A stretch of DNA of 32,000 nucleotides from Psychrobacter cryohalolentis K5 (GTDB lineage: Bacteria > Pseudomonadota > Gammaproteobacteria > Pseudomonadales > Moraxellaceae). The translations under genes were made by a program, and so were the position numbers. This document shows positions 16,976 through 25,976 of this stretch, piece after piece. The notes under the pieces were generated by a model. That model was not told where the DNA came from. It saw nothing but the letters and a program-made list of their open reading frames with translations, and did not search any database. How positions within the stretch are numbered: position 1 is the first letter of the stretch; every line of letters begins with the position of its first letter. The stretch spans positions 840,001 to 872,000 of the forward strand of contig NC_007969.1 of the NCBI RefSeq assembly GCF_000013905.1, given 5' to 3'.

Positions 16976-18688
16976 ATGCCGTTTTTACGCCGTAAATCTA
17001 AGCAGCTATCTAATCAAGTAGAAGCCGTTGTTAAGGCTACAAGCTGTCATTCAGAGGATAAGAAGGATGCACAAGTCAGAAAAAATGTCGCTATTATTGG
17101 CTCAGGGGTATCAGGTTTAACTTGTGCTCATTACTTGGCAACGCAATTTGACGTCACCGTATTTGAAGCCAGTGATTATATCGGTGGACACGTAAATACC
17201 ATTGATGTGACGTTACAAGATGGTAAAAAGTCCAAGTCTAATAAAGTTGAAAAAAGTGCCATAGATACCGGCTTTATTGTCTTTAATGAGCGTACTTATC
17301 CTAACTTCTTTCGCTTACTTCATGAGCTGCAAGTACCATTTCAAGCAACAGATATGAGTTTCTCAGTCAAAAATACTGCACGCAACTTCGAATATAACGG
17401 TCATACGCTCAATACCTTGTTATCACAGCGCAAGAATCTTCTGAATCCGAAGTTTTGGGGATTTATTAATGATATTTTGCAGTTTAATAAACGGGTGCGT
17501 CAGCTACGTCAAGATTATGATAAGGCGCGTGAGCAGGGGCAGGATATTGCTGTTTTTACCAAGCAAACGCTAGGCGAATATCTAGATACTAAAAAGTATG
17601 GTGATTTATTCACCGATAATTATCTATTGCCCATGGTATCTGCGATTTGGTCGACCAGTCTGCGCGACGTACAAGATTTCCCCTTGGTATTTTTCGCTCA
17701 ATTCTTCGATAATCATGGTTTGCTTGATGTGGTCAATCGTCCGCAGTGGTTTACGATAAAAGGCGGTTCTAAGCATTATGTAAATAAGCTGATCAAACGT
17801 TTTGTGAAGGCAGGTGGCAGCGTTCGCGTGAACAGTCCGGTGCAATCAGTTACTCGCAAAGATAATAAGGTGATATTGAACGTTACAGATACAACAGATA
17901 ATAAGACGCAAGGACTTTTGTTTGATGAAGTCATCTTTGCCTGTCATGCAGATACAGCGCTCAAAATATTACAAGATGCCAATCCTACCGAGCAAGAAGT
18001 ACTGAATCATTTTGCCTTTACCGATAACACAGCCATTCTACATACCGATACCTCAGTCTTACCCAAAAAACCGCTGGCGTGGGCAAGCTGGAATTATTTA
18101 ATCGATGATAAAAATGCTATTAAAAAAGATAAAGAATCGCTGCAAACTGCCACAAAGCCCGTATTGACCTATCATATGAATATTTTGCAGCGCTTGACCA
18201 AACAGCATAATTACTTAGTAACTCTCAATCATGAGGTGGATGAGAGCCAAGTCATCAAGCGTATCGACTATAGCCATCCAGTATTTAATAATGAAATGAT
18301 TGCCGCGCAAGCACAGTGGTCAAATATCTCTGGTAGTAGCGATTCACACACCCATTTTTGCGGTGCTTATTGGTTCAACGGCTTCCATGAGGATGGCGTA
18401 AGAAGCGCGCTACGTGTCTGTCAGGCATTGGGATGCAACATCGATATTAAGGATAGCGTTGACCCAAGCCATTTACCTGATACTGAAAGCGCACATACGC
18501 CGTTCCGCTATAAAGATTTACCAGTAAAAGCAGACAAACAATTACGCAAACTTAAGAAACGTCAGCTAGTCTCTGCCACGACCAATCAAGAGTTGGTTCA
18601 ATACATTGCAATGTTGGCGCCCACGGCTAAAGCGTTTAAAAAGAAAAAACTGGGATTTTTTGCTGCTCGTAAAGATAAGCACTCGTAG
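16976..18688 (+). CDS. FAD-dependent oxidoreductase (amine-oxidase / phytoene-desaturase-like), with N- and C-terminal extensions
   Basis: 570-aa ORF with the Rossmann motif VAIIGSGVSGLTCAHYL and an AGGA ribosome-binding site 8 nt upstream. The C-terminal stretch of about 90 aa is Lys-rich (KLKKRQ, KAFKKKKLGFF). Confidence 0.8.
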   Translation: MPFLRRKSKQLSNQVEAVVKATSCHSEDKKDAQVRKNVAIIGSGVSGLTCAHYLATQFDVTVFEASDYIGGHVNTIDVTLQDGKKSKSNKVEKSAIDTGFIVFNERTYPNFFRLLHELQVPFQATDMSFSVKNTARNFEYNGHTLNTLLSQRKNLLNPKFWGFINDILQFNKRVRQLRQDYDKAREQGQDIAVFTKQTLGEYLDTKKYGDLFTDNYLLPMVSAIWSTSLRDVQDFPLVFFAQFFDNHGLLDVVNRPQWFTIKGGSKHYVNKLIKRFVKAGGSVRVNSPVQSVTRKDNKVILNVTDTTDNKTQGLLFDEVIFACHADTALKILQDANPTEQEVLNHFAFTDNTAILHTDTSVLPKKPLAWASWNYLIDDKNAIKKDKESLQTATKPVLTYHMNILQRLTKQHNYLVTLNHEVDESQVIKRIDYSHPVFNNEMIAAQAQWSNISGSSDSHTHFCGAYWFNGFHEDGVRSALRVCQALGCNIDIKDSVDPSHLPDTESAHTPFRYKDLPVKADKQLRKLKKRQLVSATTNQELVQYIAMLAPTAKAFKKKKLGFFAARKDKHS

Positions 18689-18725
18689 CAGTTAAATACA
18701 GCATGACCAATTAAGGTTATTAAGT

Positions 18726-19766
18726 ATGGTAGAAGCAGAACAGCCTAACAGTATAAGTGTAGAGCCTACCTTGGCAAATGATACTAAGCGCTTGCCGCAC
18801 CAAATATTTCACGGAATAACTTGGCACAGCCGGTTGCTACCGAGTGTGCATAAATTTGCCTATCGTTATCGTTATTGGGGCGTCAACATTACTGCATTAG
18901 CAGCAGGGAAAACATTGCCAGAAGTGGATATCAGTTCATTTAGCGACAATAAAATCCTAAAAAAATGGCCATTTAATAAACAATTACTATTCTCTGGAAC
19001 AAAAAAAGCCTTACAACAGTTTAATCCTGAGGATTACTTACAAGGATTGAGCACACAAGATAAAAATAGCCTAGGTAAAAGCAAAGATGCTGACGATAAA
19101 GGAAGGTATTTATCAGATGTTCAATCACTAGAACAACGGTTAATTCAGGTATTTACAGAACGGACGGGTAGCGCACCAACAGGTGATATGATTGGGATGG
19201 TCATTTGCCGTAATGCAGGGATATATTTTAGCCCAGTAAATTTTTATTTGGGTTTTGATAAAGAGCAAGAACCCAGCCATCTATTGGCAGAAGTATCCAA
19301 TACGCCATGGGATAAACACCATTACTATGGGTTTTTATTAGATGGCGCAAACACTGAGTTTTGTCACGATAAAGATTTCCATGTCTCACCTTTTAATCCT
19401 ATTGACCAGCAGTATCAGTGGCAAGTAACGATTAAAAGGGCAATAAAAAATACTGTCACCAGTAAAGTAAAAAGTAAGAAAGAAAAGCTGTCTAATCAAT
19501 GCTTAGACGTTCGTATCGCTATCAATATCAGCGATAAGCGCGGTGAAGTACTAAAAACAGGTATTAAAATGTCTGGCGTACCAATGACGGCATCGACGAT
19601 TTATGAGAGCTTGCGCAAAAATCTACTGATGAATATAACGTCTTTAATGCGTATTTATGGGCAGGCTTTTAAACTCTATGCTATCAAAAAAGTACCCTAT
19701 ATTAATTACGATGAAACATTAGACGATAGCAAGCAGCAGAATGGCAATAATAAGCATGAGCAATGA
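18726..19766 (+). CDS. DUF1365-family protein
   Basis: 346-aa ORF. The N-terminal GITWHSRLLPSVHKFAYRYRYWGVNI matches the H-x-R...H-x-F-x-Y signature I associate with DUF1365. YFSPVNFYLGF and FHVSPFNP support this. Confidence 0.72.
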   Translation: MVEAEQPNSISVEPTLANDTKRLPHQIFHGITWHSRLLPSVHKFAYRYRYWGVNITALAAGKTLPEVDISSFSDNKILKKWPFNKQLLFSGTKKALQQFNPEDYLQGLSTQDKNSLGKSKDADDKGRYLSDVQSLEQRLIQVFTERTGSAPTGDMIGMVICRNAGIYFSPVNFYLGFDKEQEPSHLLAEVSNTPWDKHHYYGFLLDGANTEFCHDKDFHVSPFNPIDQQYQWQVTIKRAIKNTVTSKVKSKKEKLSNQCLDVRIAINISDKRGEVLKTGIKMSGVPMTASTIYESLRKNLLMNITSLMRIYGQAFKLYAIKKVPYINYDETLDDSKQQNGNNKHEQ

Positions 19767-19858
19767 CAGTAACTATTATGCCAAAACTTCAAAGGTTCAA
19801 AGACTCAAGAATTTAACGTAGAGCTCTTACTATCGAATAATTATACAAGGATGGATAA

Positions 19859-21223
19859 ATGATGTCAGCAAGACTAGCAAGCAAGGCACCCGTATCAAAA
19901 TTAGGAAAAATCACTGCTCACATCAATCAAACGCTTAACGATAGTGCTATTTTGCAGCCAGTTAGTAATAGCGTGAATTATCTGGCGCGAAAAGCCATAT
20001 TCCGAGCTTTGAAGCACATTCAATTTGGTGGTATTACTATCATTGAGGATTTTGTTGGGCAGGATGCTAAGCTGCATTGTTTTGGCACAGCTGCTTCTAG
20101 CAACATAAGTAGCTCAGCTATCGGTCGTCATACATTGGATGTGACGCTGACCATTCATGATAGCAACGTCTATCGTCAGTTATTATTTGGTGGTTCTATT
20201 GCGCTAGCGGACAGCTATATCAATGGCGAATGGGATACAGATGATTTAACGGGTTTGATTCGACTGGCAGCGCGTAATTTGGCAGTACTTAATCAGTTAG
20301 AAAATCGTTTTGCGGTTATTAGTAAAACCTTTGAGCGAGCCAATCATAAGTTACGCAGTAATGATAAATTGGGTTCAAAGTCTAATATTTTAGCGCATTA
20401 CGACTTAGGTAATGACATGTACCAGCGTTTTTTAGACGATACGATGATGTACTCATCAGCAGTCTATAAAAAAGTAGATACGACATTGGCTGAGGCGCAG
20501 CAGCATAAACTCGCTTTGATTTGTGAGCGTTTACAACTGAAACCCGAAGATACTGTCATAGAAATTGGGACTGGTTGGGGCGGGTTTGCTATTTATGCAG
20601 CAACGCATTATGGTTGTCATATAACGACGACCACTATCTCGGATGCGCAATATGAAGAGGCGCAGCGCCGTGTAGAAGCGGCTGGACTGTCGGATAAAGT
20701 CACGTTATTAAAGCAAGACTATCGCGAACTGACAGGACAGTATGACAAGTTGGTCAGTATTGAGATGATTGAGGCGGTTGGACATGAGTATTTACCGACG
20801 TTTTTTGCTAAATGTAATAGCCTGCTGAAGCCAACAGGTTTAATGGTATTACAAGCCATTACCTTCAATGATCAAAATTATCAAGACTATATAAAGTCGG
20901 TCGATTTTATTCAGACGCACATTTTCCCCGGTGGTTGCTTACTATCTAATCAAGAATTGACGACGCAGTTTACTGAGCAGACCGATATGGTCATCAAACA
21001 ATTGCATGATTATGGTTTTGACTACGCTTTTACGCTGCGGGATTGGCGTACTGCGTTTATGGCACAACGTGAGGAGATAAAAGCACTCGGTTATGATGAA
21101 GCGTTTATTCGCTTATGGGAGTTTTATTTCTGCTACTGCGAAGGGGGGTTTTTGGAACGTACGATTGGAGTCGTGCAAGTCACCGCCGTTAAGCCAAACA
21201 ACATTGATGCATGGCATTCATAG
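19859..21223 (+). CDS. Cyclopropane-fatty-acyl-phospholipid-synthase-family SAM-dependent methyltransferase
   Basis: 454-aa ORF with HYDLGNDMYQRFLD, the SAM-binding VIEIGTGWGGFA, SIEMIEAVGHEY, and FIQTHIFPGG and YCEGGF motifs. Confidence 0.88.
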   Translation: MMSARLASKAPVSKLGKITAHINQTLNDSAILQPVSNSVNYLARKAIFRALKHIQFGGITIIEDFVGQDAKLHCFGTAASSNISSSAIGRHTLDVTLTIHDSNVYRQLLFGGSIALADSYINGEWDTDDLTGLIRLAARNLAVLNQLENRFAVISKTFERANHKLRSNDKLGSKSNILAHYDLGNDMYQRFLDDTMMYSSAVYKKVDTTLAEAQQHKLALICERLQLKPEDTVIEIGTGWGGFAIYAATHYGCHITTTTISDAQYEEAQRRVEAAGLSDKVTLLKQDYRELTGQYDKLVSIEMIEAVGHEYLPTFFAKCNSLLKPTGLMVLQAITFNDQNYQDYIKSVDFIQTHIFPGGCLLSNQELTTQFTEQTDMVIKQLHDYGFDYAFTLRDWRTAFMAQREEIKALGYDEAFIRLWEFYFCYCEGGFLERTIGVVQVTAVKPNNIDAWHS

Positions 21224-21259
21224 GCTGCATTTTAGTCCCTATTATAAAAGGATCTTACT

Positions 21260-21670
21260 ATGGGTTATATTTATATCTATCTTGCTTCTCTTGTCATATT
21301 TTTGGGCATTGATGCGGTTTGGCTGAAGACCATGACTGGTCTGTTTTATGAAAAGCGTATCGGACACTTACTTGCCGAACAGCCAAATATGACTGCTGCT
21401 GGGGTGTTTTATCTGTTTTACCTATTGGCGCTGTGTATTATTATTTTATACCCACAAATCAGATCAAATGCGCCGATTCACCATATCTTCTTATTGGGCG
21501 CTTTGATAGGACTGATGGCTTACGGTACTTATGATTTTACTAGCTTAGCCTTATATAAAGGTTTTACTCTGGACACCGCTTTGGTTGATTTTGCTTGGGG
21601 TGGTATTTTAACAGGTTCAGTGAGTGCTATCGTGGCTTGGCTTGCTTATCGTTTTCATTGGTTAAGCTAA
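21260..21670 (+). CDS. Small integral membrane protein, DUF2177-like
   Basis: 136-aa ORF with about 4 TM segments and an AAGGA ribosome-binding site 7 nt upstream. Its position after the CFA-like gene is typical of DUF2177. The family call is from memory. Confidence 0.6.
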   Translation: MGYIYIYLASLVIFLGIDAVWLKTMTGLFYEKRIGHLLAEQPNMTAAGVFYLFYLLALCIIILYPQIRSNAPIHHIFLLGALIGLMAYGTYDFTSLALYKGFTLDTALVDFAWGGILTGSVSAIVAWLAYRFHWLS

Positions 21671-21766
21671 TCTAGTAGTTAAGTTAAATCGACTATATTT
21701 GCGCTGTCGGAATTGCTATTGTATAAATAGCACTTTAAATAGATTCTACCCCCGTTAAGGAACATT

Positions 21767-22303
21767 ATGACGCAATATAACACCAGCTCTACCGCCAAAA
21801 CAGTCCCATTAAACCATGAGCTGTATATGTCAGTGCTTATGACGCCAGATATGGCCAATTTTATTGGTAATGTCCATGGTGGGGATTTGCTCAAGATGCT
21901 GGACCAAGTCGCTTATGCCTGTGCCAGTCGCTATAGCGGTAGTTATGTGGTGACACTGTCAGTTGATCAGGTGATGTTCCGTGAGCCTATTCATGTTGGA
22001 GAGTTGGTAACGTTTGCGGCTAGTGTCAATTACGTTGGTAAGACTTCAATGGAGGTCGGCATTCGAGTAGAGGCAGAAGATGTGCGCGCACGTACCGTTC
22101 GCCATACCAACAGCTGCTACTTTACCATGGTGGCGATTGATGAAAATCGTAAGCCAACGCTAATCCCTGAGCTTGAGATTAAAGATGCCTTGCAACAGTG
22201 CCGATTTGACGCAGGCTTAGAGCGCAGAAAGCTGCGTATGGAAGGCTCGCAACGTATCAGCTGTGACATCAGTAAATTGACTAATAAAGTAGCAAGCGCA
22301 TAA
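21767..22303 (+). CDS. Acyl-CoA thioesterase, hot-dog fold (YciA-type)
   Basis: 178-aa ORF with MTPDMANFIGNVHGGDLLKMLDQVAYACASRY and the hot-dog core LSVDQVMFREPIHVGELV. An AAGGA ribosome-binding site lies upstream. Confidence 0.85.
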   Translation: MTQYNTSSTAKTVPLNHELYMSVLMTPDMANFIGNVHGGDLLKMLDQVAYACASRYSGSYVVTLSVDQVMFREPIHVGELVTFAASVNYVGKTSMEVGIRVEAEDVRARTVRHTNSCYFTMVAIDENRKPTLIPELEIKDALQQCRFDAGLERRKLRMEGSQRISCDISKLTNKVASA

Positions 22304-22470
22304 TCTGCTCATTAATGCAGACAATAAACATACTCTCACCAAAACATTACTGATAAGAACAGGTTTTTTGACTACAGTAAATGGAATCTAAAGTAACTAA
22401 TAGATCAGCTAGTGTATATATGTAACTAGTTTGGTTTTATACCTTAAACCATCCATTTATTGAGACCTAG

Positions 22471-23568
22471 ATGAGTTTAAAGCCGCTAGAATCCAATCCA
22501 AAAGATGCGCCAACGCCGCGCGCTGATACGCACGGCATTGGTCGCTCTCGCGCTCAAAACCCTTTTAAGGCTTCAGATAACACCAATTCTGACCCCTCTA
22601 AATCTACGCCAAGCCATGATGACAAAAAATCGAGCTCACTAACAACGGTATTGATTGCAGTTGGTGCCAATCTTATTATTGCAATTGCTAAAACAGTAGC
22701 AGCGTTTATGACGGGTTCCGCTTCTATGATAGCGGAATCAGCGCATTCTTGGGCAGACGCGGGCAATGGTACACTGTTAATCGTTGCAGAGAAAAAGTCG
22801 GTCAAACCTGCTGACAAAAGCCATCCACTCGGCTACGGTAAAGAGTCGTATGTATGGTCGATGATTGCCGCGTTTGGTGTATTTATGGCAGGTTCAGTAG
22901 TGTCTATTTATACTGGCATTACCGAGTGGAATGCAGCTGAAACTGAAACCAACTATACCATCGGTTTTATTATCTTGGCAGTCGCCTTTGTGCTTGAAGG
23001 ATTTTCTTTAACACAAGCGTATTTGCAAAGTAAAAAACATGGCGAAGCGATTAATGTCAGTGCCATCGGCTATGTGATGGACACCTCTAACCCCACCTTG
23101 CGCGGTGTTTTCTTTGAAGATTTGGCGGCAGTCATTGGGTTGGTTGTGGCCGCAGCTGCTATGGCAATGCACGCCTATACAGGCGAACCATTTTGGGATG
23201 CGCTTGGGTCTATCATTGTCGGTATATTGCTGGCCGTAGTGGCAGTCTTTTTAATCAGTCGTAATCGTGATTTTTTGGTTGGCTATAGAGTCTCAGAAAA
23301 AATGCATGATTATATTTTATCAGAGCTTATCAAGCATCCAGATATTGATAGTGTTTCTTACTTGCACTTGGAGTGGGTAGGTCCCAAAAAAATATTTATG
23401 GTCGCGGCGGTCGATATTGCTGGAAATCAACATGAGCATGAGATTGCGCACAAATTTGAAAGTATAGAAAATCAGTTTCGCAGTCAGTCATTGTTTCAAG
23501 AAGCTATCTTAACTTTATCTGTCCCTAACGCTGAAATCTTACGCTTACCTGATAATGAACATTTATAA
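22471..23568 (+). CDS. Cation diffusion facilitator (CDF) family metal efflux transporter
   Basis: 365-aa ORF. The TM1-2 signature is LIIAIAKTVAAFMTGSASMIAESAHSWADAGN. There are six TM segments and a C-terminal cytoplasmic domain. The N-terminal extension is a hydrophilic stretch of about 55 aa. Confidence 0.85.
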   Translation: MSLKPLESNPKDAPTPRADTHGIGRSRAQNPFKASDNTNSDPSKSTPSHDDKKSSSLTTVLIAVGANLIIAIAKTVAAFMTGSASMIAESAHSWADAGNGTLLIVAEKKSVKPADKSHPLGYGKESYVWSMIAAFGVFMAGSVVSIYTGITEWNAAETETNYTIGFIILAVAFVLEGFSLTQAYLQSKKHGEAINVSAIGYVMDTSNPTLRGVFFEDLAAVIGLVVAAAAMAMHAYTGEPFWDALGSIIVGILLAVVAVFLISRNRDFLVGYRVSEKMHDYILSELIKHPDIDSVSYLHLEWVGPKKIFMVAAVDIAGNQHEHEIAHKFESIENQFRSQSLFQEAILTLSVPNAEILRLPDNEHL

Positions 23569-23593
23569 TCTATAATAAGAATGAGAACATAAT

Positions 23594-24295
23594 ATGAAAA
23601 GTCCTCTAAAACCGTTAACAAAACATCCTAATCGCCATACACAGATAGTGTCACCGTTGCTGGCATTAGTAGTGGTGACTTTGATGTCAGCTACTGCTGT
23701 GCAGGCCAATGCAGAATTAATTGTACACAGTGATACCAATCAAATTCAACAATCAAAAACGGTCACTTCAGCACCCTATAGCGTCCGTAAGAGTGATGAT
23801 ACACAGAGTGTCAAGCGCCCGTTACCTACTGATATCTCTATTATTAAACTGATGCAAGTCATGCATATTGATGAGCAAATACAATCTATCGTCGATGGTA
23901 AGCAAGCGGCTATCAATGCAATCAATACGCAAACTCAGAATCAACAGGCGACTGATAAACCGTTGAATAAACGTCAACGTGAGCTACAAAATCAGATCCA
24001 AAGCGTGTTAGGACAATATGCCAAAATTATGACCAATGGGATAGGCAATACGGCAGATATTCAAACCTTAACGCAAGCTTATATCAGTGCGGCAAAAACT
24101 TACTATGCGCAAGCGGAAGTGGATGCCCAAATCAAATTTTACGACACTGCTGTCGGTCAAAATATCTTAGCAAAACAGCCACAAATTACTGCCGCTTTTT
24201 TAAGGCAATCTTTACCGCAAGATATCTCAGAGACTGAAAACCAATTAAGTGAGCTGTTACCGCAGATGAAGCAAATTGTGAAAGGTATTTTTTAA
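23594..24295 (+). CDS. Secreted hypothetical protein (DUF2059-like)
   Basis: 233-aa ORF with an N-terminal signal peptide (LLALVVVTLMSATAVQANA). The Q-rich helical body resembles DUF2059 proteins. The family call is tentative. Confidence 0.5.
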   Translation: MKSPLKPLTKHPNRHTQIVSPLLALVVVTLMSATAVQANAELIVHSDTNQIQQSKTVTSAPYSVRKSDDTQSVKRPLPTDISIIKLMQVMHIDEQIQSIVDGKQAAINAINTQTQNQQATDKPLNKRQRELQNQIQSVLGQYAKIMTNGIGNTADIQTLTQAYISAAKTYYAQAEVDAQIKFYDTAVGQNILAKQPQITAAFLRQSLPQDISETENQLSELLPQMKQIVKGIF

Positions 24296-24463
24296 AGTGT
24301 GTTAGAAATATAGTTAAAGTCCTTACAATATCTATGCTAGTGCTGGTATAAATGTTTTGCAGCCTCTGTCTGCGTAGGCACAGCAAGCAAGAAAAATTCA
24401 TACCAGTAATATGTGATTCATCGGTATTGATGTTCAATGATTCTAGTCAAAATCGTCAAACAT

Positions 24464-24493
24464 AAAAAAGGTCACCATTGAGGTGACCTTTTT
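24464..24493. terminator. Bidirectional rho-independent terminator between the DUF2059-like gene and dps
   Basis: AAAAAAGGTCACC-ATTGA-GGTGACCTTTTT forms a perfect 7-bp GC-rich stem flanked by A and T runs. Confidence 0.8.
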
Positions 24494-24531
24494 CTATTTA
24501 GCAAATAAGTTAATCTTATGTTGAAACGTGC

Positions 24532-25029
24532 TTATTTTTTAGACGTATCTTTTTCCGGGGCGTTTGCACCGATAAACCAAGCATCTTTATCAACAGTACG
24601 ACTCACTTCAGTCAATAAGTCAGCGGTATCTTCATCACCCGCATCGCCAGCGGCATCAATCCCTTCACGCAAAGACGCAGCAATTGTCTTATAGCGATTG
24701 GTCAGCTCACGAACATGCTGGTCAACGTCAGTAATATCAGTCGGGTAAGTCTCTAAGATAGAGTCCTCAACGACACGTTTAGAGATACCATTGGCTTTAC
24801 CACCAAGGATAACAATGCGCTCAGCGACTGTATCATAAGCTTCTGTTAAGCGTCCATAAGTGTCATCCAATAACTGATGTACACCAATGAAACCAGTACC
24901 TTGAAGATTCCAATGACATTGCTTGCTATCCATACTCAAATCAATCAGGTTTGCTAAATTCGCGTTCAACAGATCGATCATTTTTTTTGCAGTTGCGTCA
25001 TCTATTCCACTTGCGTAACGTTCTCTCAT
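24532..25029 (-). CDS. dps: DNA starvation/stationary-phase protection protein Dps (ferritin-like)
   Basis: It has Dps signatures (QCHWNLQGTGFIGVHQLLDD, AERIVILGG). I chose the start at ATG 25029, which has GGAG 6 nt upstream. An in-frame ATG at 25041 has no ribosome-binding site. Confidence 0.9.
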   Translation of the reverse strand: MRERYASGIDDATAKKMIDLLNANLANLIDLSMDSKQCHWNLQGTGFIGVHQLLDDTYGRLTEAYDTVAERIVILGGKANGISKRVVEDSILETYPTDITDVDQHVRELTNRYKTIAASLREGIDAAGDAGDEDTADLLTEVSRTVDKDAWFIGANAPEKDTSKK

Positions 25030-25129
25030 ATTCTGCTCCATTATTCTATTTTAATAAATTTAGGTTTCTAATTATCAACAGCTCTTTAAATTTCTATTTA
25101 TTAAGGTGTTGCTGACTGCTTATAAATTC

Positions 25130-25141
25130 ATTATCGATAAT
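25130..25141. promoter_or_regulatory. Fur-box-like palindrome upstream of dps
   Basis: ATTATCGATAAT is a perfect 12-bp palindrome made of two GATAAT hexamers in inverted orientation. It lies about 100 bp upstream of the dps start. Confidence 0.3.
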
Positions 25142-25310
25142 AACAGCTTAAATAATAGATGGAACCCCAACATTTAGGCTTTATACAAGGGTCGTGTAAT
25201 GAGTTTGTTAATCATGAAAACCTTTGTAAATTTAACCGCTAAAATAGACGCTTTGATAACAATCCGTGCACACGCCAGCATATTCAATCGTATTAAGATT
25301 TGATTTAATT

Positions 25311-25340
25311 GACGTTAAGTTAAGAGACGTTAAGTTAAGA
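25311..25340. repeat. Perfect 15-bp tandem duplication (GACGTTAAGTTAAGA x2)
   Basis: I read it directly from the sequence. Each unit also contains a TTAAG-TTAAG internal repeat. It lies between the GFA-family gene stop and the dps upstream region. Confidence 0.9.
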
Positions 25341-25372
25341 ATAGTCATACGCATTTTAAGCCTTATAAATAT

Positions 25373-25792
25373 TTAGTCCTTTGGTCTAATGCCTTTTTCT
25401 GCGAATTTATCAAACAGCTGTTGCTGAGTTAAGTTGACTGTGTCATTAGCAAATTCATAATAATCGGGTTTTCTATCAATGAAAATCTGGCTCTCAAAAG
25501 TAAGGTTTGGATTCTCTTGAAACAGTCCTATTGACAGGACATAAGTCTCAGAGCTAAGCTGATGATAATAGAGATTGGTGCTGCATTTATGGCAAAACGC
25601 ACGCTCCGCCCATGCTGAAGAGGGATAGACCGTCATTGAGTCTTCGCCCTGAATGTCAGGTTTTGCGTAGCTATGTATCGCCATTAGTGGTCCGCTGCCC
25701 CAACGACGACACATCGTACAATGGCACGCTTCAAAGGTATTGATATCTTCTAATTCTATGGTGACGTTACCGCACAGACAGTGACCTTTCAT
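25373..25792 (-). CDS. GFA-family (glutathione-dependent formaldehyde-activating / CENP-V-like) zinc-binding protein
   Basis: 139-aa ORF with the characteristic Cys pattern GHCLCGNV, CHCTMCRRW and CHKCSTNL. Confidence 0.85.
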   Translation of the reverse strand: MKGHCLCGNVTIELEDINTFEACHCTMCRRWGSGPLMAIHSYAKPDIQGEDSMTVYPSSAWAERAFCHKCSTNLYYHQLSSETYVLSIGLFQENPNLTFESQIFIDRKPDYYEFANDTVNLTQQQLFDKFAEKGIRPKD

Positions 25793-25976
25793 AACTCGTT
25801 CCTTGATTAATGGTCATTGAACTATACCTGAGTTTCTATGCTTTTTATTGAGTGTTTGTGCATCCATTTGTGGGCGTTTTGCGCAATAAATGACCTTTAA
25901 AAATAAAGGTTTAACCCCATATTGTTATAAACCTAACCTCTTATAACTTTTTATAAATATCAGGAAGATAACCATT

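Noticed and set aside
21093-21326. 77-aa ORF bridging the CFA-like gene and the DUF2177-like gene
   Set aside because: It is an out-of-frame overlap of two better-supported genes that have good ribosome-binding sites. It has no independent support.
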